Source: Antedon mediterranea
Taxonomy: Eukaryota > Animalia > Echinodermata
Length of the DNA stretch: 64,000 bases
Direction of reading: 5' to 3'
NCBI RefSeq assembly: GCF_964355755.1
Contig: NC_092671.1
Coordinates: 17,360,001 to 17,424,000 of the forward strand
Part shown: piece by piece, positions 15,172 to 27,400 of the stretch
How positions within the stretch are numbered: position 1 is the first letter of the stretch
How the letters are laid out: each line of letters starts with the position of its first letter
The notes under the pieces: generated by a model
What the model was told of the DNA's origin: nothing
Databases searched by the model: none
The model's input: the letters and a program-made list of their open reading frames with translations, nothing else
Made by a program: the position numbers and the translations under genes

Positions 15172-15792
15172 ACAACAGTAATGTTAACAATGGCACTTAT
15201 TATAAGGACAATACACACATTGTATAGTGATTTAATAAATGAAACTAACTCTATAACGGTGATTAAAAACGTGAGCATCACTAACAACATAGATATTGTC
15301 GAGAAGATAGCTATTGTTGTTTACCTTTGATCTATTGTGCCCTGAGTAAGAAGGTGCTTAGGCCTGCTATATCTTAAATACAACAGGACACTGAACTCTT
15401 GTCAAGATAGGAACTCGTAACAGTCTTTGATCTTATGTCTGGCTGCGACAAATACCAAAAGTACTGTACTGTGTACATATTCTCCGCGGCATGTTGTAAG
15501 GGAACTGATCGTGTCGCAGCCATAGATAAACCCTTTTATCTTCAGAGAGATAGTTCAGCATCCTTTTGCTAGATTACCAATGTATTCATTCAGGACACCT
15601 GATAGGTCAGAGATGGGTATGTCGATTGTTACGTAATTTAGAAATCCATCAACCAAATTCACTTTATTTCAATAATCTATCCATTTCAAAACATTTAAAA
15701 TTGAACTATATACTTTTAAAACTTCGTTGTTTTGGTTGATGTTACGTACGGTATATTAAATCGAAATGAATAGGTGAGAATGAGATATGGAT
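15172..15792. repeat. About 620-bp direct duplication, copy 1
   Basis: Near-identical to 16746-17367. Confidence 0.95.
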
Positions 15793-16180
15793 ATGTCGAT
15801 CGTTACGCAATGTATGTATGCAATGCAATGTATCTTTTATAACCCCATTAATTAAAACTTTATTTCAGACCATGGTTTGTCAAGTTAAAACCATTTAAAT
15901 GAACTTTATACTTTTTTGAACTTCGTTGTTTGTTGGTTGATGTTACGTGTATCTTTTTAAATCGAAATTGGTAGGGGAAAGATGGGTATATCGATCTTTA
16001 CGTAATTTAAGACTTTTATATGCCTACAGTAGGCCTACACCTATTAATATTATTCAAACTTTATTTCAGACCATGGTTTGTCAATTAAAAACATTTCGAT
16101 GAATTGTATACTTTTTAAATTTAGTGTTGATTGATTTACGTGTCTTTTTAAATACGTATTTATAACTTTAAATCGAAATT
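15610..16180. repeat. Degenerate tandem array, about 3 units of 175-195 bp
   Basis: gatgggtat.tcgat..ttacg...actttatttca...ttgttttggttgatgttacgt...taaatcgaaat recurs at about 15610, 15783 and 15980. Confidence 0.75.
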
Positions 16181-16745
16181 GCTGTTTCTAGTTTGCCAGT
16201 TTGGGTGCAGATAAAACTAAGGACGGACGCGGTAACTCCTTCAGCATGCTTGGATGAAGACAACCTTTCTTGTATCTTATACATACTAGGCCTAGGCCTC
16301 GGCTTAAATACATTCATAAGAAAACAGCCAAGACATGTAATTGGAAATAATTTTATAAGGTGACGGGCAAATTACCTTTCATTAAACATTAAAGGCCAGG
16401 CCAAGTGCGGGCAAAACATTTCTGTTTATCATATACATTCTAGTAATTATCAATCTATAATTTCTGCTATGTTTCATTTTATAGGGAGTCACCGACGGAT
16501 ATGTTATTACATTAGGTTAAACTATACCTAACTACTGAAAAAAGTCTGCCTAGTTTTTATAGCCGAATTCTGCAAAATGTTGGATTTGGCCATTTTAAGA
16601 AATGTTTTTTTGTCATGATTTCACATAGGCCTATTTGTTTTATGTATATTTAACCAGATAATATATTTAAAATTCGTGCCTGTAGGCCTACCTTAGCTTT
16701 AAAAACAGCAATTCGCTTAGGCCTATGCATGAACGTGTAGTGAAG

Positions 16746-17367
16746 ACAACAGTTATGTTAACAATGGCACTTATTATAAGGACAATACACACATTGTATA
16801 GTGATTTAATAAATGAAACTAACTCTATAACGGTGATTAAAAACGTGAGCATCACTAACAACATAGATATTGTCGAGAAGATAGTTATTGTTGTTTACCT
16901 TTGATCTATTGTGCCCTGAGTAAGAAGGTGCTTAGGCCTACTATATCTTAAATACAACAGGACACTGAGCTCTTGTCAGGATAGGAACTCGTAACAGTCT
17001 TTGATCTTATGTCTGGCTGCGACAAATACCAAAAGTACTGTACTGTGTACATATTCTCCGCGGCATGTTGTAAGGGAACTGATCGTGTCGCAGCCATAGA
17101 TAAACCTTTTTATCTTCCAGAGAGATAGTTCAGCATCCTTTTGCTAGATTACCAATGTATTCATTCAGGACACCTGATAGGTCAGAGATGGGTATGTCGA
17201 TTGTTACGTAATTTAGAAATCCATCAACCAAATTCACTTTATTTCAATAATTTATCCATTTCAAAACATTTAAAATTGAACTATATACTTTTAAAACTTC
17301 GTTGTTTTGGTTGATGTTACGTACGGTATATTAAATCGAAATGAATAGGTGAGAATGAGATATGGAT
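16746..17367. repeat. About 620-bp direct duplication, copy 2, bracketed by a 48-bp direct repeat
   Basis: Near-identical to 15172-15792; 16689-16736 equals 17371-17418. Confidence 0.95.
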
Positions 17368-20300
17368 GGATACCTTAGCTTTAAAAACAGCAATTCGCTT
17401 AGGCCTATGCATGAACGTTGTAATTAAACAACAATAATAATAATCAATATTGTAGCCAGGACAAATTACCGAGTTGACATTTTAGAACACTTCAGAATGC
17501 GAAGTAATGATCATTGTTTGTCATTGCTCATTAACTATATTATAGCAGTTTATTGAGTTTTAACATTGCTTTCATTCAAGGATTCTTCATATTGATTTTC
17601 CACAAACGTTTGTAGTCATTCAAGATTGCTATCCTGTAATACGTCTCTTCAATCAACTCATTAATTGTGAAGTAACGTACTGAACATAATTAAAACATTG
17701 GATTCTAAACAAAATTACCAATAAATGCATTGATTAGGCCTCCTCTTATTATTGGAGTAGTAAGTTTTATACTATGTTATTTTAACAAAATGAAGATTGA
17801 GTAATAGGAGTGTTTTTTTAACTATTAATACGTGATTTTGGCTCCCTATCATCATGCAGCCCACTTGTTTTTTTTCGTGCCGCTCCATTAGGCAGTTATA
17901 TTCAAGAGAACGGAAGAATTGAAGCAGTTACCATGTGGTAGTTTATTGATGACTACGGCTGAAAAATTGTTATTTGGAAACTAGGACTGGGCATGCTCGC
18001 ACCCCAAAGCACGTTTAAACAAAAAAATTGTTATTGATTTAAATAACTTCTTATTATCATATTTTTTAAGGGTTTCGGCTTAAAAGATTTGTTAACTTTT
18101 CCAAAACTTTTTGATAACATATTTGTACATATCTTTAGTTTTATGGAATAAATTTAATTTGATTGAAATTGAGATGAATTTATAATTTTTTTTTGCTGAA
18201 ATCATAGGCACAGAGATCAATTGGAAAACATATTTCAGCACTACCATAGGCCTAATACATAAGGATATAAAGATTATACGCATATGTCTACCGAAAGTTC
18301 ACTATATTTGAGTTGTTTTTGTATGTATTTGACTAATTCCAAAAAAATAAAAAATAAAAGATTTCGAAAAAAGTGTCATTTTGATATATCACAATAGTTA
18401 TTAACTTTCATCAAAAATTAGTCGAAAAAACAATAATTTAACTGAAATACAGACGTTTTTTTGTTAAAAAAATAACTTTGACTTCCATTCAAAGTTTTCG
18501 ATCAAAACATATTTCATAATGCAACGCGCTTGTTTGGCTACTCTGTATGTATAATCATAAAACTTCCTCGCAATCTGTGTGAAAACACCTTCTCAACTGT
18601 GACGAGTTGTAACAATCCCAATTAGCATCATGCATAATGCATACTCGTGGTTTGAAATCTTTGTTTATTCGCTCGCGACGATTTTAAAGACGAAATTTAA
18701 TCAAATTAATTTAAATGTATTATTTCTGGTCCTCAAATTTAACTGGAAACTGAGGAAATTCGGATTTACCTGTTAATTACGTAAACTTGTTGTTTTTGGG
18801 TCGAATTTTCGACTTAAAGTGAATAACTTTAATATTACTTTGACGTGGCCAATTAAAATTTAGAATACTTTGACCTTAATTTGTTTGTGTTTCAAGGGAC
18901 AATACATCTTTAAATTAATATGATTAAACATCAAGCTAACCAAACGAATATATACCTACGTAATTTGACGTTCTGATTGGTAGAATGTTTCATACTTTTG
19001 TAGAAAATGGTATCTAGTGTCGACGTATGATTTGTGCTCACGACATCATTGTAATCAGGCCTTGCTTTACTTTATTAGATTATCTATTTATGCAAATTAC
19101 CCCACACATAACAAAGAAATAAACAACATTATTAATTGACCCATTTCGTTGATTTAATACATATGACAGTCAACAGACTAGATTCTTTTAGACAGAAAGA
19201 CACAAGTTGCACAAAAATGGGGAAATCCCCATTACCACATGACTATAAATACACTAATGAGGGGGGTTTCCCCCAAACAACAAACGGTTCATTACATAAC
19301 TGATTATGCTGACAGCTAACAATAGATTAATGTGCAATATATTTAAACATTTAATTTGCATAATGAGCACTAATTTATACATATTAAAAATCTTAATTTA
19401 CAAGAAAAATGTAAACCAAAATGATCTGGTGGTCTTTAATAAAAATATATAACAATGTTTAAACACCATAATGTACAGGTAATTTAAAATTTAAAGTAGG
19501 CCTACATAAAAGAACTCAAAACAAATTTGTAAGATTGCAAATTAATAAACATAAAAATGATAATCGATAATTATAATACAGTTGTAAAACAGATTATTTT
19601 TGTTACTTAACAGTGCAAAATTGAATTTTAAAAGGGAAAAATTACAGTTTTATACATTATATACTTTTTGTTGCTAATTCAAGCAATAAACATAAGAAAT
19701 TGTATAATAATACAATGACATATAATATAATATAGATCTATCTTATTGACTTCAATATAAATGTATTATATTGCATTGAACAACCTGTAATATATTATGT
19801 AGGGTAGGGTAATGTAGGGTGACAAACTTGTTTCTGCTTACTGCCATGAGGCAATTATGGTACATGGAAACATTGATCATTTTATGCTATACCCTTACAC
19901 ACACCAATCTTGCTTGTATTTTGTATTTTAAACCATGTAGTTGATCTAATTTTACCATTTTAATCTCATTTTCATATTTTGATGTGAATTTTTAATTTTT
20001 TAAATGTGAACAAATACAAATAATTTCAAACCATGTACTATATTTTAGTGTGCTTGACTATGAATATGAAATGAAAATATCAAGTTTTTTTCTCATTTTA
20101 CTTTCAGATTAAAGGGTTGGTCCAAAAGCAAAAACACAAATTGTATATAAAATATGAACCAAACAAACACATACAATTTTATTGTATGAAACATCTAGTT
20201 AGAAGAAATTATTGTAAAATAAACATGGCTATTTAGGTGGAATAAAGAAAATAAAGTTTTACTGAATGTGAGTTTCAGACTCAAATTACAGCTATGTATA

Positions 20301-22854
20301 CAGGTAATAGAAAATTGACAGGTATATACTGAAAGAACACCTGGATATTATAATATCATCTCATCTCCATGGTCTACTTATACGGTACATGGCTTGACTG
20401 CAAGACACCTTGGTGCAAATCTTCCCAAGTGTCAGTATAGTTTGTTTACACACAAAATGTTGTTATATATTCCTATTAAATATGAAAGTAATTATCCATA
20501 TAATATATATACATTTATCTGTTTTAACTAATATATCTAATTCCTTCTTTTGGATTTATTTACAAATTTATATACATATATTAATATAATCTTCATTCAC
20601 TGATGGTCCTGCATCAAATAAAAAATAAATTGGTATATTTATGATCGTAACTATAATTAATTTATCTATATATATATATATATCTATATACTATGGTAAG
20701 GTGGACAAGAAAAGTGGAAAAGTACGAAAATCTTAACAATAACAACATTAGTGTACACAACAACATAATATTTTGGATCAAAAACATTGCCATCAATTAA
20801 CATTGTAATTATGAGTGTTGTTAAAGTTTACATATATTATAAATATACTACCATAATAAATATTGTGTATTAATTTAATTTAGCATTTAAAAATAAGTTA
20901 ATTATGAGATAATGATATAGATAATGTACACACACATTAATCTAAACCAAAACAAAGTTTCAATTAATCAACAATAATAATTAATACTATTCATATAGCA
21001 TAGTTCCATAATGATAAAAGCGCTATATGCTATATATGCTACCCAACGCCTAATTACAAATATCGGATTGGGTAATGAAAAATTTAGAGCAGCTTTAGTT
21101 TTCGAGTAATCAAATTGGGAACAAAATGAAAATACTCCTCTTACAGTTTCTCATTTCTGCTACTTCATATCTGGGCAAGTTAAGTAAAAATGAGGATGGG
21201 GTACACCCGAAATACTGACATTTTATTTACAGTATAATGCCATATCAAAGTTTGAACACATAAAATGTAATAATACACTCTTATTCTGTACACTACATAT
21301 TCATCTCAAATCATTTACTGTATATTCTAATTAAGATTTTTGTTAAAGCACAGCAATACGAGCATATCATACCTGTATAAATGCCTAGTTGTATGCACTA
21401 CCTATTTTTAGTGAAAATACCTATTTACATTTCATGACAAGTGTACACGTTATACACTATAAATACATAGAAATTAAATTAGTTTAAAAATTGGTTTTGT
21501 AGAAGTGCAGGTGGGTTTTCGTATTAGTGCTCATAAAAGTTTACCAAATATATTTAAATAAAATTCACCATCACATAATATAAACGTTAATATATATAAT
21601 AAAGTTGTATATTATTTAAAAAATATAAACTACTTAAATTTAAATACTAAGCTAATAATATTAAAATGAATATGATACACTTATCTTTAGCTCTTTAACA
21701 ACTCTTTAGTTTCTCTTTATATTATGCAACCCGTTTCTTTGTAAATGAGTTTCTTTTTCTTTAAAACTTGACATAGATTAGGCAGAAATGCAATATAATA
21801 ACACTGTTGCTAATTATAAATTAAATGAAAAAGATGTGTGTTGCGCTAATATATAAAGAAGAGTGGGCAACAATTTAAGCTATAATAAAATTTGGTGGGC
21901 ATCTTTCAATTGTAATTAATTTATTAATTTATTAATTAATTATAGACAAACATAACATATAAAATATTTATACATAAAAGCTCAAACTGATTCTGCACTC
22001 TAGTTCATTAATTCATTAATTTCATATTTAATAATTTTTAATAGTTGCAATCTTGCCACTTGGTCCCAGATTCTAGTAATAATTCAAAAAATAAATGCCA
22101 GTTTCAAAATAGAAATATTGTAATAAAAAATAAAATTTACTTAATAAAAAGATGATCAACATGTTTCAATTTCTTAGACTTCCAGCTGTCTATATAATAA
22201 TTAAATAATTGAAAAATACACAATTTGAACTCAGACCTTATCCAGCAGTCTTTTTATAAGTCTATTATATATTTTGAAATACTATAAGTTGCAATTAAAA
22301 AAAGATTCTGATAAGTTAGGATTTTTAGTTTTTCAGAAAATAATATTCAAACGAGGTTATGCACAGTAAAGAAATATGATGTTGATGAAACAATGTTCCT
22401 ATTTAGAAGTAATTATGTTCAAATTGTAAACAAGCAATACAATTTAAACTTTAAAATTGTTAATTAAAGACTTCCAGAAGCCTAAGAATATGTTTATCAA
22501 TTTTTCACAAAATTGGTAGCATTTAATCTATTTTATTTTAAGCTACCAGCACCGTATTGCAAACATACCAGAGTTGGTTTGCACCAATTCACGCACTGTT
22601 TGTAAAATAAGTTCTGTTTCTCTTTTTATCTTTGCATCAAACAGCAAGAAACTCTCCAATTACAAGATGGTATACTAATATTTATCTTACTTATAAACTG
22701 AGACACTATTAAACTAGTTTAACAAAAAAGTGTGATTTACCAAATATAGAATTAATATGACATCATCATGTCCATATATGGGCACATCACGTTTTTTGTC
22801 ACATAAGTTTGATAATGTAGGTAGTGAAGTCATAAGTTATAACGCTGGCACTAG

Positions 22855-23570
22855 GGTCGTGTTCGTACGGTGGTTAAAATAAGCGCTTAATTTCACCCAT
22901 GCCTCGGGTTATAAATTGAGCGTTGTTCGTACTTGAAATATTTAACCGCTTAAATGCTTAATCGACGAATCACAAACCGGAAATTACGTTTTAAGGTCAG
23001 TTGTCTTTACAACCTACGACCCCATTTTCGCACGCTAGTTTCGTGTTGTATATTTTTTACTCGCGATCTTTCTTTACAATAACAATTACTTGCTACCTTT
23101 TACATTGCTTATCCTTGCGACAAACCTTATGCCTCTTAACGCCGATAATCCTGCCGAAATATGCCTTCTCCTGACGACCATTATTTTACTCATTGACGAA
23201 GAATTTGAGCCCAATGTTACACGACGGAAACACCACCGACCAGCGGCTCCCCGACCAGCTAGGCCTACTAAGCGGTCTACACCAACAAGGACAGCACCAG
23301 CTGACGATCGCCCTCGAAGCGTGTATGGAAGAGCTTCGTAGGAGAAATGACGGGCCTAGGCAGCGAACGTTTGTCAAAATTTGACACATTGCCTCTATCG
23401 GAGATTTATTATCCTCGAAGGCCGAGTATAATTGGATTATCGCTGAAATAACCTGCAAATTTGGTGAACATTTTACCTCGAATTTTTTGTAGCCTGAGGC
23501 AAAAGTTAATTGGATCACGCGAACGGAAATCGGGAATAAGCTGGTATTTTCAACCCCTACGAACAGGCCC
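22855..23570. mobile_element. PIF/Harbinger-type non-autonomous element inserted in a SINE
   Basis: Termini ggtcgtgttcgta / gggcctgttcgta, TAG duplicated on both sides, GC-rich interior; the flanks rejoin into the tRNA-SINE. Confidence 0.72.
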
Positions 23571-24423
23571 TAGGTGAGAATTGAACCCTGCACCTTGGGA
23601 TTGGAAGGCAAGAATTTTAACCACCAAGATACTACTACATTGTGCATAACTTACAGCTTATTCTATAAATTTACAGTTGAACGTCGTTGGGTTATATCCA
23701 ATTTCTTCTAAACTTGACAATTGGTACTTTTACTGTGAATCTATCACACCTGTTCTGGTCCGGCTGCGGAAAAATAAAATCGAACCTCAATGTTTCGTTT
23801 TCACACCGGAGCCAGAGTACAGAAGGTGTAAGAGACCATTTCAACTTGAATAAACATTTTATCAATTTGTCAATAAATAGCACATAGGTAACATATAATT
23901 TTGTTAATTGAATAGCATATCACTGCAGAATTGATAACTTTCTGTAATTTATTTTACCAGTGTACATCAAAAACTAAGTTGTTACAATTTGTTGTGAAAA
24001 AAATGCACCAATTTCAGAACTCCAGAATTTTATATTACAGATATAAGTACTTATTGGGACAAAAACGTTTTAATCACTAAGACTTTCAATTTAGTCTATC
24101 GTCTGAATCATAATCTTAAATATTTTGATAAAGTTTTTAGCTTAATAATAGCCAATAAAATGTGACATTTTGAGTGACCCAGCACTTCATATACTTTGTA
24201 TTTGTATCAAGGTTTCATTTACACGCAATTAAAATTAAACTAGCACCTAGATCATAGAATAAATATCCTATAAAAAAAATATTAAATGTAAAAAATAAAT
24301 ATATATATAAACCTCATAGAATATTGTAACAAAAGTTAATGTTTAAAAAATAGAAGATATATTGAAATAATTTAAAGATATTATGTAGATGCTTGAAGGT
24401 GGGTGGTAGAAATAGCTTCCTTG

Positions 24424-24473
24424 TTAAACTGCTGTTTCTTGGTCCTCTGTTTCTGTTTTATTTTGTTTCTTAC
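24424..24473 (-). CDS. DGKZ: DGK terminal coding exon ([16 protein letters not shown]), class I PDZ ligand
   Basis: ttttcacag acceptor; ends EDQETAV like the DGKzeta C-terminus; TAA stop. Confidence 0.95.
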
Positions 24474-27400
24474 CTGTGAAAACAAAATAGAAATAAAACA
24501 TGATTAAAAGACGCATTAAAAAATTCTCTATAAGCAAAAAATAAGTACTCCAGTGTTTCTGTTTCATGTTTAGGGTGGCAGAAAGAAATTGATCATATCT
24601 TAGTAATTCCAGAGGCACTCCAGACTTTGCACACATCAGAGCTTAATTCTAAGTAGCGTTTATGCATTGTTGTTGTGCTGCCACCTATTGTGTTTTTATG
24701 AATGAACTTTTTTTAATTTTCATTGTTAGATATATTTTATTGAAATATATTTCATCAGCTACTCGGTAAAAGAGGAATATAGGCCTTTAGCCATAGGAAT
24801 TCAGTTTGATTGTGTTTTCCGCCACTTACTTTGTGGTCATGTTTTTGTTGTGTTTTATGTTTTGGCAGTAAAGAAAAAGAATCTTATATATTGTTTGAAA
24901 GTTTGCATGGCGAAATCAAATGTTGATAAAAGAGCATTGTTTCTGAGAATTGTGAAAATCCAAATGAGACAAGCTAAAAACAATAGCATTGTCTCAAAGC
25001 TGGGTTTAGACTTTTCTTTTCAGAACAAATATACTGTACTTAGTGTACCACAAATCTTGTTTGGTTTGAATTAAAAAAACCAATTAACAGGTTAATTAAC
25101 ACTCAGCTCATCTGAATATGCAGTAGCATTTTAATTTGTTTAATCAGTTTGGAATACTTTACAGCAACCCAATATGCAAAATTAGTTTCAAATGCATCTG
25201 TGCAAAAACAATCAACTCAAACCAAACCTTTTGATCAGTGCTAATTCTCTTAAATAAAACATAATATTATAAATCTGTAATTCATTCATGCAGTTTATTT
25301 TGTTTAGATCGTTAGACTTAATTTCAGTGTAGGAATCACAAGATCTTCAATGCATGCAACTTACCGCAACCTTTTATTTGCAATCACTGTGCCTGAATAT
25401 AATAAATTATGAATAAATACAAATATTTTGAAAACAAACATGATAATATGTATTTCTTCTTTTAAGAATCTTGCATGGATTGAGCATAATGGCATAAAGT
25501 TAAGCGGAAAAGTACCTAGCTTGTCCCACATAGAACTGCCTGTCTGCTCCGCGTTTTGTGTAAATGGTCATAAGGAATAACTTAGATTCCTTTTTTGATC
25601 CACTTACTTTTTACTGCTTGCCTGTGTAAATTGACTTTAACATATGTGTATGTGACCACATACATTGTTACATACATATCCTTGCTTGTTATATTTTTTT
25701 AAATATAAAAATTACTAATATTTTTTTAATTGGGAAATGTTATTTTATGTCAATTTAAATACTCACTGTCTAGATAATCCGCAAGTTGGTGATCATCAGA
25801 CTTAAGTGCTTGTTTACGTGGCGTGTTGCCTTGGTAATCCGTGCATGTTAGAGACGCACCGGCATTCACCAACATTTTGCATATATCATGTCGTACATAC
25901 CAAGCAGCCTTATGAAGTGCTGTCTGGTTCTTCTCATCCGTACTGTCAACCAGTGCTTTACCACCTGTCAATTATATTATTCAAATTTAATTCAAAATGT
26001 TAATACTGCCTATCTTTGGTATAAATCCTGAACTGTATATACACTCAAACAGATCAACATTTACAAAAAACCATTACTTTGACGTTGTCTCATTGCTAAA
26101 TTACTCTTTTTTTTGGGGCAAAATCCTGTTAATACAAATTGGGGAAGACCCGGTATTTTTTTCTTTTGACGATGTCTGTTTTTTTACTATGTCACGATCA
26201 AATGTGGGTGCATCGCAGATGCAAAGTGAAAATATCAATCCGTGCACGATGCATGCTGGTATTATTAGATTTTACTTCTTTTTCACATTTTAAGACAACA
26301 ATTATCGCAATTTACAGTATTTTTATATAAAATGTAGGGAAATTGTCTTTAGATAATTAGATATAATTATCTTTTATAGCATACCATGTTCTATAATATA
26401 TCTAACAATATCTTTATGTCCAAATCGAACAGCTTGATGGAGTGGATTCATGCCATGTTGATCCTCAGCATTCAAACTTGCTCCTTTCTGGTGTAATTCC
26501 TCAAATTTCTTAACATCTCCTCTTTTGGAGACATCCATCAAGGCTGTTAAAATGCAAAAATTGTTATTGCTACTAGAAAAGAAGTGGTAAATTGCAATGT
26601 TGTTTGTATCTTTAAAAGCTCACTTGTACACGGAAGCAGTTCTTTTATCAAGCTCTTCTGAAAATTATATATCATATGGATACCAACCAGTGGTGTAACG
26701 CAGTGGGGGAAAGCCCCTGTTTTAGCGCTCCTAAGGGGCTCAACGCTGGGTAGTTGCATTGGGGCTGCTCATACTCTTGGCCCTTAAGCTCTGGGGTTTT
26801 AGCCAGTGAGCACCTATAGTCGTTACAGCAATGATACCAGCGCTATAAAAGTTCAATTGATTGATTATTAGCAGCATTTTAAATGTGTTATACCAGTTTT
26901 AACATGACAGTCTTTGCTCCAATGAGGACTGTGTCATATGCTGCTGATGTTTAGTGCCTGGTTGTTGTTCCTGCGAGTCTATTTCAAAATAGACCTTGCA
27001 AGAGAAAACCAAGAGTTTGAAATGCATGCTAACCCACCAGGCTAGAGTTTCAATACTTATATAAAGATAAATATTACATAATTATTGAATACTGTACTTT
27101 TGTCTAACTTGCTTAGATGGGCAGTATCGGAAGCCACACCAGCTACAGAGTTAAACTCGCCACCTCTTAAGTTTGGTGAACCAGTTTGCGGCTTCAGTAT
27201 TCTATAAAATATGTTATGTTACCATTAATAATAATAATACAATAATGATAAAAACCACATTTTTAAATTAGAACACACATGTGGTAATTTTTAAATGAAT
27301 TAAACTGTTTGATGAGTTACTCTCCTCTTGTATATTGGGAGGAGAGTTAGTTCCAACAGTCATTCAATACATGTTATGATTACAAAATCATCATTAAAGT

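Noticed and set aside
15172-17367. LTR retrotransposon (two LTRs)
   Set aside because: No TG..CA termini, PBS/PPT or coding interior; the 48-bp repeat flanks only the second copy.
23678-23880. Plus-strand terminal exon of a convergent gene
   Set aside because: An acceptor, short ORF and AATAAA are present, but there are no supporting upstream exons or homology.
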